A DNA stretch of 64,000 bases. Origin: Lama glama. Its lineage: Eukaryota. Made by a program: the position numbers and the translations under genes. Of this stretch, positions 39,721 through 52,214 are shown one piece after another. The first letter of the stretch is position 1. Each line of letters starts with the position of its first letter. The stretch lies in contig CM052817.1 in NCBI GenBank assembly GCA_028534125.1, positions 34,226,001 to 34,290,000 of the forward strand. The letters are read 5' to 3'. The notes under the pieces were generated by a model. It made no database searches, was not told where the DNA came from, and saw only the letters and a list, made by a program, of their open reading frames with translations.

Positions 39721-40924
39721 AAAATTCATAGGGTATGCTAAGTCCCAGCTCAGTGAGGTTAACGGACATGTCTTTTTAGATTTCGGATGAAGTGGCAAAG
39801 AGATATTGCATTGATTTCTGCACACTGGATCTTTCCACACTTGAAAACAATCATCTATGCTACCTCCAAATCTTCTTTTCTCCTGGGCAATGACCTAATT
39901 TCATAGGCTTTTTACATTTTTGATTATGTAAGTAACAGACATTCAAAGGTTAAACAATGAAAGAAGTCTAATGTAATATGATATAAAATAGGATGTTAGT
40001 TTGTTAAAATGCACACTTGAACGAGAAATGATACCTTAGGAATTTAATATTGGTATTCAAATTTTTTAATATAAAAATGTTATATACAGTTTTATGTAAA
40101 ATATTTTATAAATTTTTATCATGATATCCTAAAGTCTAGCAGGAGAGAGAGGGGTGGGGAGAGAGAACGTTTCTATGTGTTAAGTTACAAATATGCTCAG
40201 CTGAAAATCCCTTTATGACCTCAAATTGGAGAAACAGGTGAATACAGACAGTCACAACTTATTGGAGCAGAAACTCACAAGTGGAAGCTTCTGTGGGAAA
40301 CACTGCCTAGGTAGAAAAACCTGGACTGTGACAAATCTCTGGAGGCTGAGCATGGGCAACTCTGAGAGTTCTCAATGAACAAGTAAAATCTGAAATTAAA
40401 AACACATTTTTTTGCCTTGTAAAAAACATCTATTTGTCTTTTAATACAAAATAGCTCAGAGAAGCACAGAAAGAAAATAGCATACAAGCCAGTTATTGAA
40501 AAAAAAACCCCAACAAACAAATTTTAGTCGTATTCCCTGTCTTCAGCCTGGATTAGAAAACAGGAAACTACAAACCAACCAATGCTTGCCCTTTTGAAGA
40601 AATCTTATTTAAAGGAAAAAAAAGAGAGGGAAAATAAAACAGCCCCTAAAATCTGGCAGGTAGTTTTTAGAAGGCAATGGAAGCTTGCCTTAATCATTTG
40701 TGGGGAAATGGGATACATGTGGTCTTTGGAATATGGCCACCTCCTTGTTTCTTGCTAGTAATGATCTTCATATGAAGGGAAGATGCTTGCCTGGAGCACT
40801 ATTTGATGCCACGAATGCAATCTGAGACCTCAAGGTCAAATAGCCTCAAGTCTTCTATTCCAAATCTCCACTGAATCTTCACCATATACAGGCTCTCGTC
40901 ACTGGATGATGAGACAGATTAAGC

Positions 40925-42125
40925 AGTATTCCATTGTGTGTGAGTGTGTGTGTGTGTGTGTGTACACATCTTATTTATCCAGTCATCTGTTGATGGACAT
41001 TTAGGTTGCTTCCGTGTCTTGGCTATCGTAAATAGTGCTGCTATGAACATTGGGGTGCGTGTATCTTTTTGAATTAGAGTTTCCTCCAGATACTTGCCCA
41101 GGAGTAGGATTGCTGGATTCTAGGGTAAGTCTATTTTCAGTTTTTTAAGGAATCTGCATAGTTTTCCATAATGGCTGCACCAAACTACATTCCCACTAAT
41201 ACTGTAGGAGGGTTCCCTTTGCTCCACAGCCTCTCCAGCATTTATTGTTTGTGGGCTTTTTAATGATGATGGCCATTCTGACTGGTGTGAGCTGATACCT
41301 CATTGAAGTTTTGATTTGCATTTCTCTGATAACTAGCAATACTGAGCATTTTTTCATGTGTCTATTGGCCATCTGTACATCTTCACTGGAGAAATGTTTG
41401 CTTAGGACTTCTGCCCATTTTTGGATTGGTTTTTCTGATTTTTTGTTATTGAGTTGTATGAGCTGTTTGTATATTCTGGAGATTAAGCCCTTGTCAGTCG
41501 CATCATTTGCAAATATTTTCTCCCATTCTGTAGACTGTTTTTTGTTTTACTTATGGTTTCCTTTGTTGTGCAAAAACTCATACGTTTAATTAGGTCCCAT
41601 TTGTTTATTTTTGCTTTTATTTCTATTCGTTTGGTAGACTGCTTAAGGAGAACACGGCTATGATTTATATCAGAGAATGTTTTGCCTATGATCTCTTCTA
41701 GGAGACTTATGGTGTCTTATCTTATGTTTAAGTCTTTAAGCCATTTTGAGTTTTTTGTGTATGGTGTGAGGAAATGTTCTAACATGCAGCTGTCCAGCTT
41801 TCCCAATATCATTTGTCAAAGACATTGTCTTTCTCCATTGTTTATTCTTGCTTCCTTCATCAAAAAAAATTTTTAACATTTTTTATTGATTTATAATCAT
41901 TTTACAATGTTGTGTCAAATTCCAGTGTACAGTACAATTTTTCAGTTATACAGGAACATATATATGTTCATTGTCACATTTTTTTCTCTGTGCCTTCATC
42001 AAAAATTAATTGACCCTAGGTGTGTGGATTTATTTCTGGGCTCTCTACCCTATTCCATTGATCCATATGTCTGTTTTTGTGCCATTACTACATTGTTTTG
42101 ATTACTGTAGCTTTATAGTATTGCA
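40925..42125 (-). mobile_element. LINE-1 ORF2/3' fragment (antisense)
   Basis: ttggctatcgtaaatagtgctgctatgaacattggggtgc...tttgatttgcatttctctgat...ttttgattactgtagcttt. Confidence 0.9.
41867..41992 (-). mobile_element. Short young L1 3' end nested in an older L1, 13-bp TSD
   Basis: TSD ccttcatcaaaaa at 41854-41866 and 41993-42005; the insert matches the 39476 element. Confidence 0.88.
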
Positions 42126-45100
42126 CAAGAGAAACTTTAAATAGAAAGATATTGACAGGGTAAAAGTAAAGAATGAAAAAAATGTATAAACATTGATCAT
42201 AAGAAAGTTGAGTGAATATATTAATACCAGGTAAAGTAGACTTTAGGACAAGGAGTATTACTACACATAAAGAAAGACACTTCATAATGATAAAATGCTT
42301 AGTTCATCAAGAAAACAAAACAAATCCTAAATGTGTATGTGCCTAATAATAAGGCTTTACAATTATAAAGCAAAAATTTAATTATGAATCAAAGAAAGAA
42401 AGAAAATCACAATTACAGTTGAAGATTTTAACAGTTATTCCTCAGTAACTGATAGAACAAGTGACTAAAAGTTAGTAAGGATATAGAATATTTGATCAAC
42501 ACTAAATGCTAACTAACATTTATAGGATGCTAAACTCAACACCATAGAATATACATTTTTTTCAAGCGTCTATCAAATATTTACTAAGATAGACTACATC
42601 TTGGTCATAAAACAAGTCTTAATAAAGTCTAAAGGATTGAAATATTACAAAGTATGTTATTTAAGCACAATGAAATTTAATTAGAAATCAATACAAAAAT
42701 ACATCTAGGAAAAAAATCCATATCTGGAAATTAAGCAACATGAATTCTAAATAATCTTGGTTCAAAGAATAAATCACAAGGAAAATTAGAAAATATCTAA
42801 ACTAAATGGCAATAAAATATAATATTTCAAAATTAGTGCTAAAGTAGTGCTTTAAAAAATAGTAATCACTTAAATACTCATATTAAAAAATAAGGAAGAA
42901 TAAAATAAGTGAGCTCTTCTTTCACTTTAAGAAGCTAAATAAAAAAGAGAAAAATAAGAAAAAAGGAATAATAAAGACTAGTATAAAATCCATAAAATAG
43001 AAAATAAATAATAGAGTCTATCGACACAAACAAAAGTTTGTCCTTCAGAGAGATTAATAAATTTGAAAAACTCTTAGCAAAATGGTCAGCAAAAAAAGAA
43101 AGAAAACAAAAATTACCAATACCTGACTTGAAAGAGGGCACATTGTTCAAATTCTAGAATTATTAAGAGGAAAATAGGGAGATAACATGAATGTATTTAT
43201 ACTAATAACTTTGAAAATTTAGATGAAATGGACAAATCCTTGAAAAACACAGCTTTTTCACAAGAAGCTGTGACACAAGAAGAAATAGAATATCTAAATT
43301 ACTTTATATCTTTTAAAGTAATTGAATCTGTGATTAAAACCTTTCCCACATCTTTTGATACCAATACTTGAAGAAAAAAAATGTAGATTGGTATCTTTCA
43401 TTAAGCTAGACACAAATATTCTTTCCCAGCAAATGAATCCAACAATATACAAAAATTTTAATTCATCAAAACCAAGTGAGGTATATTCCAAGAATGCAAG
43501 ATTGTTTTAGCATTTGAAAATCAATTGGTATAAATCATCACATTAACAAAATAAAGGCGCTTAATCATATGATCATATAAATAGACACAGAAAAAGTATT
43601 TGACAAAATTTAATGTCAAGTCTTGGGAAAAAATAAAACTTCTTCACAAACTAGGCACAGAAGGGAAATTTTAACTTGATAAAGAGCACCTATGAACAAT
43701 TTCAAGCTTACATATTGTTTAATATTGAAATATTGGATCCTTCTATGAAGGTTGGAGACAAAGTGAGGTTGTCTGCACTCATCTCTTCTATTCAATATGA
43801 TAATGGAGGCCCTACCCAGACAATATGGTATTGGCATTTGTGTCAAGATGGACAAATAGATTGATGGAACAAAAGGATTGGGAAATACACCTACATGTAC
43901 AGAGTCAACTGATATTCAATAAAGGCATCTTTTCAACAAATGATGCTGGACCAACTGTATAATTGTATGGGGAGAAAAAAATCTCACTCATTATGTCACA
44001 ACATACACAAAAGTGATTTGCAGTGGATAGTATACTTCAATATAAAAACAAAAACTATAAAGCATCCAGAAGAAAGCAAGAAATATTCACATGACTTTGG
44101 GGTAAGTAACAATTTATTAGGCAGTGCCCAAAAAGCATTAACCATAGGAAAATAGTGCTTAATTGGACTTTATGAGTAAAAATCTATACTCATCAGAAGA
44201 CCTTGCCAAGCAAATGAATAGGCAATCCTCAGACTTGAAGAGATTATTTGCAATTTATTGATCTAACAAAGGACTGCTTCCAGAATGTAAACAACTCCTA
44301 CAACTCAACGATCAATAGTATGGTTTAAAAATGGGCATAAGACTTAAGCAAACACTTTATAAAAGATTAGTCATCAGGGAAATGCAACTTAAAACCACAG
44401 TGACTTACTAGTTCACACCAACTTGAATGGCTACAATTAAAGAGACTGACACCAAATGCTGGTGAAGGTACAGAGGTGGACTGACAAACTACTGCCAGCT
44501 TACCACCTGTTTTTGTAAATAAAGTTTTATTATAACACAACCACAGTCATTGCTTTATTTATAAATTGTCTACTACTGCTTTCGCATTACCGAGTAACGT
44601 AGCTGCAACAGAGACCATATGGTTCAAAAAGCCTAAAATATTCACTCTCTGCCCCTTAACAGCAAAAGTTTACCAATCCCCAATATAAATCAACTACAAC
44701 TTTTATGTATTTATTGAGTAATTGTAAAATGGTACATCCACTTTGGAAAACAGTTGGACAATATCTTAGAAACTTAAACATGTACCTATCTTTGACCCAG
44801 CAATTCCACTCCTAGGTATTTGCCCAAAAGAAATAAAAACAGATGTTCACAAAGGACTCATACAAGAATGTTCATAGTGGCTGTATTTACAAAAACCAAA
44901 AACTGGAAACAGCCCAGATGTTCATAAATAGGAAAATAGATAAACTATGGCATAGTCATAAAAAGGAATGCTACTCAGTAATATAAAGAAATGAACCACT
45001 AATACACAAAACAATAGGGTTGAAACAAAAATATTATGCTGAGTGGAAAGTCTTACACAAAGAGTGTATACTATATGACCCCATTTATACAAAATTATAG

Positions 45101-45620
45101 AACAGGGTAAACTAATCTATGGTGGAAAAAAATCAGAACTGTGGTTGAGTTTGGTGGGGGTGGGAGTTGGCAGAGAGATTGACTGTGAAGGGCATCAAAC
45201 AACTTCCTAGGCCTGATAGTACTGTTCTTTGTCCTGAAAGACGTTTGGGTTACACAAGTTCATGAACTGTCAAAATCAGTAGATAGATAGATTAAGATTT
45301 GTTTTGTTTACATTTTTTATTTCAGAAGAAAAAACTGCAAACAAATTCTGAACTCTACTTAAACTGAAGTGTTTATAGAGAAACATGTAAACTGAAGTGT
45401 TTATAGAGAAACATACTGATATTTGCAATATACTTTGCAATGCAATGAAGAAAAGATGCATTAATGGATGGATAGAGGGATAAAAAATAGATACGCAATA
45501 GAGCAAATTAGATGTTAATGGTAGACTCTAAGTGGAGGGTGTCGTGTTGCTCACTGTAAATTCTCTCAACTATGTTGTAACTTGAAATTTTTCATATTAA
45601 AATACTGGGAAAATTTTTTT
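42126..45620 (+). mobile_element. Old, degraded L1 (ORF2 and 3' UTR; L1M-type) with a MER58-like insert at ~44470-44682
   Basis: Degraded endonuclease/RT text (taaagtagactttagg, atagactacatcttggtcataaaacaagtct, ttagatgaaatggacaaat, gacccagcaattccactcctaggtat). Confidence 0.85.
45360..45414. repeat. 28-bp tandem duplication
   Basis: taaactgaagtgtttatagagaaacat(g) occurs twice, head to tail. Confidence 0.9.
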
Positions 45621-46766
45621 CTAAAAAGGAGCCATTTTTTTCTTTTTTAGAAAAGCGGAAGAGGGGCAGGCAGGCAGGGAGTGAGTAGTCAGGGAGCTGC
45701 TCCTTTTTCTTTGCTATGATTCTTGCTCTATAGACAGAAGAAAATGCTTCTATAAAAACTGATTAAACAAAGATCCCAGTAGTAACGGAATTTTACAGGA
45801 TATCTATATTAAGTGGTTTCCAAATCCTTCCAGAATAGGTCGGAAATGTCCAGGTTCCTGAAGTTGCAGATTTCCTTGCCTGAATTTGCCGTGGCCTGTT
45901 CATGGCTAGAGTGGCCTGTTTGGGGTTCAGCAAGGGGTGCCCAAATGCAGCAAGCATTGCTTCCAAAGACGCTCAGACCGGGAGGCCATTTCGGAGGATA
46001 AGATCTCCAAATGGACATCTCAGAGGATCTCATAATTCTTATCTAGCGCAAAGAATGTTTTCCATGTGGCCCTAAAAAGGATACAAGGGGGAAAAAGTCC
46101 TCTGTACTATCAACTCCAGGAAGGCAGAAACCTATTTCTCTTGCTCACCATTTTATCTCCAGCATTTTAGTACAGTTCCCAGCACAAAGTAAAGCCTGGT
46201 TAAATATTTGTTGAACAAATGAATGAATAAATGATGTTCTCTCTTGTTGGAAATCCTGGAATAAATTTCAAAATAAGTGATCCACACATTTCAACTGCCC
46301 TGTCTACTCAGCATCAGTGGAAACAACTTCCAGCAAGGTCTTGATTAAATATAGAATTTTATATCATTGTCCAGATGGTTAATATGTTTTTCCAGTAAAA
46401 GAACAACCAAAACTGTGACTACTATTTATTGAGCGAGTACTATAAAGCTGGGGACCATGTTAAATGCCTTACCTTGTTGCCTATCCTTGCAATAATCCTG
46501 AAAGGTAAACATGAAAATGAGAAAACCCGTGCTTAGCTAAGATGAACAATTTACCAAATGATATGCTGCTAGTAAGACCCAAAGCATTCAAATGCATGCT
46601 GCCTGCCTCCAAAGCTTATTTACAACACTTACCATAGGCTAAGTTGCACGTGCTCTGTGCAGAATACCACAGAAATAAACGTGGGAGACTATCATGTAGT
46701 TAGGACACTTTTCCCCATGTACATTTATGGAGAATCTGCTCTTGGCAAACACCAACTGTAGACCAT

Positions 46767-46767
<1 letters not shown>

Positions 46768-46803
<36 letters not shown>
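46768..46803. repeat. (GT)n microsatellite
   Basis: About 18 perfect GT units. Confidence 0.95.
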
Positions 46804-46806
<3 letters not shown>

Positions 46807-48389
46807 GTAACTGCCTAAACAATTAAAAGAAGGAAGGAAGCACATCCTCCCTGGCCTTTGGGCTCTTCCTTCCTCACCCTCTAGTAAATACAAGACTGTC
46901 CAAACCAGAAAGCTCTTCCTACCTCTAGTAGAAATAGTTGCCCCAGCATTATTATTCTTGGTTTTTTGTTTTGCTTTTTTTTTTTCAAAATATCTGCTCT
47001 CATGAAAGGACTACTCCTAGGGGGTCGTTGTTCCCCGTACCCCTAATGGACACTCCTGAATGCTGTTCCTCTCTCCATTGGAGGTCTGTTTGAACACTGG
47101 ATGTGTATACATGATCCTGCTCTGATCACAACCACCCCTAAACAATAGCACAAGAATAGTGCCCATACGACGACAGAGGAACCACTGACCTGGGAAAGCA
47201 GCTCACCCTGCAGAGTCAGGAAGTAGCTAAAATTTCTCTTCAGTGTGATCCACCGCTCCTGGTCAGTGTCCCTCTTCTCCATGTTGAAAACCTTCCTACC
47301 TAGCTGGGACCTTGTTTAGAAATGAGTATCTACCAATACATGGGTCAGAGTTAGGACAAGTGATTTCTAGGTCACCGTCAAAATGTCAAGCTGTTGCAAC
47401 TAGACTCTCATGTTATACAAGTTCAGTATTGTAAATCAGAGATCTATTCTAGAAAACACATGGCATATCATTAGATACAGAAATTGATCAAAAATAAAAA
47501 TTAGATCAAACTCCTATATATTTTCTTTTTAATGTAAGGTATATCATAATTCAGAGTAGTGCATAAGATTTCTACATACAGTTAAAATAATAATTACAAA
47601 GCTAATATCCATCTTGAGACCCAAATCCCAAAAGAGATCTACTTCTGAGAACAATGACCTAATTCAAGAAATTGAATGTAGTCAGTGTTCCTGAAAGTCC
47701 CCACATGACTCTCCCAAATCACATTCCCTTGCTTCCTCATCGGAGTTAGCCACTCTCCAAGTTTTAGTGATAAAAAAAATTCCTGATTGACTTCTGTAGT
47801 TTTAATAAGTATGTACATGCTCCAAAACAATATAATTTGGGTTTGCCTGTCTTGGGACTTCATACAAATGGACTTTGACCATAAGCACTAACCATAAGTA
47901 TCCCTTTGTCACTTCATCTGTCTTACAACAGTACATCAATAGGTTTCATCCATGTTGTTGCTCAATTAATGCTTTAAAACATTAATTTTGAGCTATTTTG
48001 TACATATTCACCATTAAGAAAAAACATTTTTAATATATTGGAATAGATGGACAGCATGCCTTCTCTTTATTTCTGGCTAAATCTCCAAACAGAAGGCATG
48101 GGTATTCTTCATTGCTACACACTGTCTGGAACATTTTTGTTGTACATTGGACTTGCAGAGATGTCTTTAAAAGGAAAATGTTAGGAATGTTGACTTCGTT
48201 CTTTCTCTCTCTTCCTATTCCTTCTTTTCCTCCTTCATCTCCTTCTTCTTTCTTTCCTCCTTAGAGATCACTGGAGATCATCTTTGAGGCTGCCTATCAC
48301 AACCCATTTGACTTGTTCATGGTTTGTGGGGATTGTTTGGGCCACAAGTCACCGATGAGGAGAAGAAAGCACAGAAATGTAAACTACCT

Positions 48390-49020
48390 TAATGCCACAG
48401 AGAGAACCAAAAGATAAGAGACATGAAAGAAAAATCAAGGAGATCTGGAAGGTAGAGCAAAAATCCCCAATCTCCAGTCCGTCTCGTAGAAATTCCAGAG
48501 AGAACGGAGAGCAGAAGAGAGGCAACATTCAAAGAGATTACAGCTGAGAATTTTCTAGAGTTGAAGAAATAAATGAGACCTCAGGATGAAGAAGCACACC
48601 AGGTCCTGAGCAGTATAAATAAAAATCAATTTACACCTAGGCTCACTGTGATAAAACTACAAACATCATATTCAAAAAGTGAAATCTTAAAGCTGCAAAG
48701 GAGAAAAACCAGTTATCTCCAAAGACACGGCAGTTAGACAGTGGACATCAGCAACAAAAGGTATTGGAAGGTAATGGAATAATACATTCATTATGAAAAA
48801 CTGTTAAGAACAAATTGTATAACTGGCTGGACAATCATTCAAAATCAAAGGTGAGGTAAAGACATCTTTAGACTAACAAAGGTGGAGGAAGTTTTTAGTG
48901 CATGAATTCTCATAGAAAAGAATGGATGCAAGAAAAAAATTGAAACCAGAAGTAAGAAATGAATGAATGCATAAAGTAACACTAAACAAAATATTGGTAA
49001 ATATATTATTAAATCTAAAT
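48390..49020 (+). mobile_element. Old L1 ORF1-like fragment (L1M/HAL1-like)
   Basis: caacattcaaagagattacagctgagaattttctagagttgaag...aaatcttaaagctgcaaaggagaaaa, similar to the ORF1 remnant at 25.4-25.9 kb. Confidence 0.7.
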
Positions 49021-50196
49021 AATAATAACATTTTTTAAAAAATACTAATCTTAGAGAATTTAAATTCTAGTTAACATGGAAGATGAAAACTAGAACAGTT
49101 TTAAATTAATGCATTCTACATTCCTGTGTCGTTTAAGAGGAAACTAGAAATAATGACTAATGTTTTTCTTTGTTCAAAACAGACAGATTTTCTTATAGAG
49201 CATTATTTTTAAGTATACCTTTTACACAAAAATTATTTTTATGTTTTCTGATTTTAAAAATAATAGTATCATGTAGGCATTGCACAATAAAGCTCAGATA
49301 GCATACGTAATTCTTCAATGCCTTGAAGTCTCATAAGACTTTTACTTTTGTAGGATTAGTATATTTTGAATATTTCATACTTGTGCAAAAAGATTTAAAT
49401 CATATTTTGAAAACTTTATTTCCCCCAAAAGAGATTAAATCATTAAGAGTTGAATATTCATTCTGAAAATAGTTTCACATTTTGAGAGGTGTAAGTTGAA
49501 CTTTTAGAAGTCTCCTGCTATAATCTGGAATGAGAGTCAGAACACCTCAACTTTCTGTGTGATCCTAAGGAAGTCACTTTAACTCTCAGAAAGTTTGTTT
49601 TCCATATCTGAAAAATAAGAGTTAGGTAATCTCCAACCCTTCCAGTAATATGTTTTTAAAGTATTTAGATTGTTTCCAAACATTTTCTGTCATAAAGGAT
49701 GCTGCCAGCAACATCTTAGTGAAGATAGCCTTCTCCTACTTTTGTTTAATTCTGATTAATTCCTTGGTATGAATTCCCAGGAACAGGATTAGTGGATATA
49801 AATATTTTTAAGGCTTTTGATACAACTGACCAGATACATTCTCTAAATTGCTTTCCTGAGGCACTGCACCACTCATATCACTTGATATTGGCAGCAGTAA
49901 TGAAAGGCTTTAAAAATACTCTTAACCTTAAGTCTGCTACTCCACCTTTAGGAATAGATCTCTAAAAGAAAGAAAAAAGTGACACCACTATGCTTAATAA
50001 ATTAATATTCATAATGTAACAAACATGGGTAAAAACCAAATGTCAAACAACAGGTGACTGATTATTATCATACATTTAACAATGGAATACTATGTGACCA
50101 CCAAAAATCAAGATTTAGAAGAGTATTTACTAACATGGGGAAATGTTCACAGTACATTTTTAGTGAAAAAGCAGATCTACAAAACACCACGCATAA

Positions 50197-50340
50197 GGGG
50201 GTGGGTATAGCTCAGTGGTAGTGTACGTGCTTAGCATGCACAGGTCCTGGGTTCAATCCCCAGCACCTCCATTAATAAATAAATAGTTAAATACACAAAC
50301 CTAATTACCTCCTCCCCATGCATATCATTATGCAAAAAAA
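50197..50340 (+). mobile_element. tRNA-derived SINE (same family)
   Basis: gggtatagctcagtggtag...cctgggttcaatccccagcacctcc plus a tail, flanked by aaaacacca on both sides. Confidence 0.88.
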
Positions 50341-50779
50341 CACCATATATATCCACATCCCATTATATCCTTATATATCTATTTGTACTTATACATACAA
50401 ATATACACACATATATACACAAAATACATGTCTCTGTGTTATTAACATTTAGTCTCTATATATATTCTAAATATACACATATATACTAAATATGTATAAA
50501 ATTATTTATTATATGTATTTAAAATACATACGGTTAAAACCAAATAAGAATAATGTTAGGTACAAAGTTATAAGTGATTTTAATTTCCTGAATTTTAACA
50601 ATTTTGTACAAGGAACATATATTACTTTTATGACTTGAAAAAAAGGCAGTAAAAAGAAAGATAAAACCAAACAAGTCACTCCAGTTCACCTCATCACTCA
50701 CAGTGAACAGTCTTCCTCATCCAGACTTGATTTTCCTTCATAATAAACCCAGTTTACTCAGGCACATGGTCCAGGGCTT

Positions 50780-51330
50780 CAATGGCAAAACCAGGGGCTT
50801 CAACCACCCCACTCTTGGTTCCAGGGGCTTCCTAATTGATCTAAAGGTAATCCCATTCTCCTTGCCAGTGATTGATTCAGAAACGGCCAACTCCAACCAA
50901 TGAGCCATCAGGTGAAGTCCAGGGTATGGATGGGGGTCATTTGCTTCCCTCTGAGAGGGAGCCCCAGGATGAGGTGGTTTCTCTCTTCTTTCTCACACAG
51001 TCAAGTCTGGACCACCTGCTGCCATCTTGCTTACTATATGGCACTGAAGCTGCCGATGAAGGTAGAAGAGCAGAGAGGGGAATCACCTGGGTCTCTGGTG
51101 GCTTCACAGAGCTGCTGAAGCCCGCTCCACTTCTAGACTTCTTGTTGTGCGGGGTCATACATTTGCTTACAGTTTAAACCAGTGTTTCTTTCACTGTGAA
51201 TCAGAATCACTAGGGAGTTTAAAAACTACTGAGCCCCAGGATATTCTAAGGTCAAGCCAAGGTCTTCAGGGGCAAACCCATCTGAGTCAGGGTTTTCTGT
51301 TCACTGCACCTGAAAGCATTTTGACAGGTA
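50780..51330 (+). mobile_element. Old MaLR-like LTR remnant
   Basis: ccattctccttgccagtgattg...ccaatgag...gccatcttg...tgagtcagggttttctgttcactgca. Includes three ccagg(g)gcttc units at 50771-50831. Confidence 0.5.
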
Positions 51331-52200
51331 AATGCATCTTTGCAGACATCTCCATCATTGTTTTCCTTAAATCTTCAAGGCAGGGATTTGCTTTGGGGTT
51401 TTCCCATATAGGTTCCTCCTGGGCTGAGTTCTTTGCCTCTAAATTGCACCACTACTGATGTCTGTTTCTTGGGGACCTAACAAAATCCATCCAAAGCCTG
51501 TTCCATGGGATTTTGCACATTTGTAACACATTAAGGACCAAGGATGTGAATGGATCTACTGAACCATTCCAGAATTTTTATTTTGTGTTTTCAAAGAATA
51601 TTTTGTGAAGAGTTACCTTTAATACAACAGTTACACTGTATTTCAGTCAGTGTTGACTTTAGGTATAACTATCAAGTGAATGCAATATTTGAATATCTTA
51701 TGTTTTTGGTTGGTACATTGTGGAAAGTTTGGGGCACTAGGATCTTCATATTCCATTTTTATAAGTTGCCAAGAAGCTTCAAAAAGTTTTTTTCATGCAT
51801 GTGTATTCATAAAATCATTCTTAGTAAGGAAGCTGTTATAAATAGGACCTGCTTAAAAGACTTCAATAAGCTCTTGGAAGTGAAATCTGCCAGAGCATCA
51901 GTTCTCAATACAGACCATCAAAAGCACCCCGTCTGCACAGTTGGTGGGTACAATGGAGAGGGAGGAGGAGGGGGATATCAGTATCTCATGAGATACAAAG
52001 TGAAACAAAAAAGAATTCAGAGAACCGCAAATAAGAATGACAACTTTCAAACTGACCCATCGCTCTATCCATCCTGGCCCTAGAAAGCAAGCTGGTCTGA
52101 GGAGGGACGGCCCTGCACCTTTCAGGGACTAACCCTTCCCAGGGGTGTCTGTACAATTAACGCGAGCTGCGGGCTGCCAGTAAAACTTAATAAGCTGGGC

Positions 52201-52214
52201 CCGCAAGATGGCAG
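52201..52214 (+). promoter_or_regulatory. Candidate CTCF site overlapping a YY1-like core
   Basis: CCGCAAGATGGCAG fits the CTCF core and contains AAGATGGC; it lies in a unique, CpG-retaining patch. Confidence 0.45.

Noticed and set aside
50197..50275. tRNA-like sequence with A and B boxes (also at 27326, 28786, 61317)
   Set aside because: A-rich tails and target-site duplications identify these as SINEs, not tRNA genes.
51550..52083. 177-aa ORF
   Set aside because: AT-rich, no recognisable homology or splice structure; consistent with chance.
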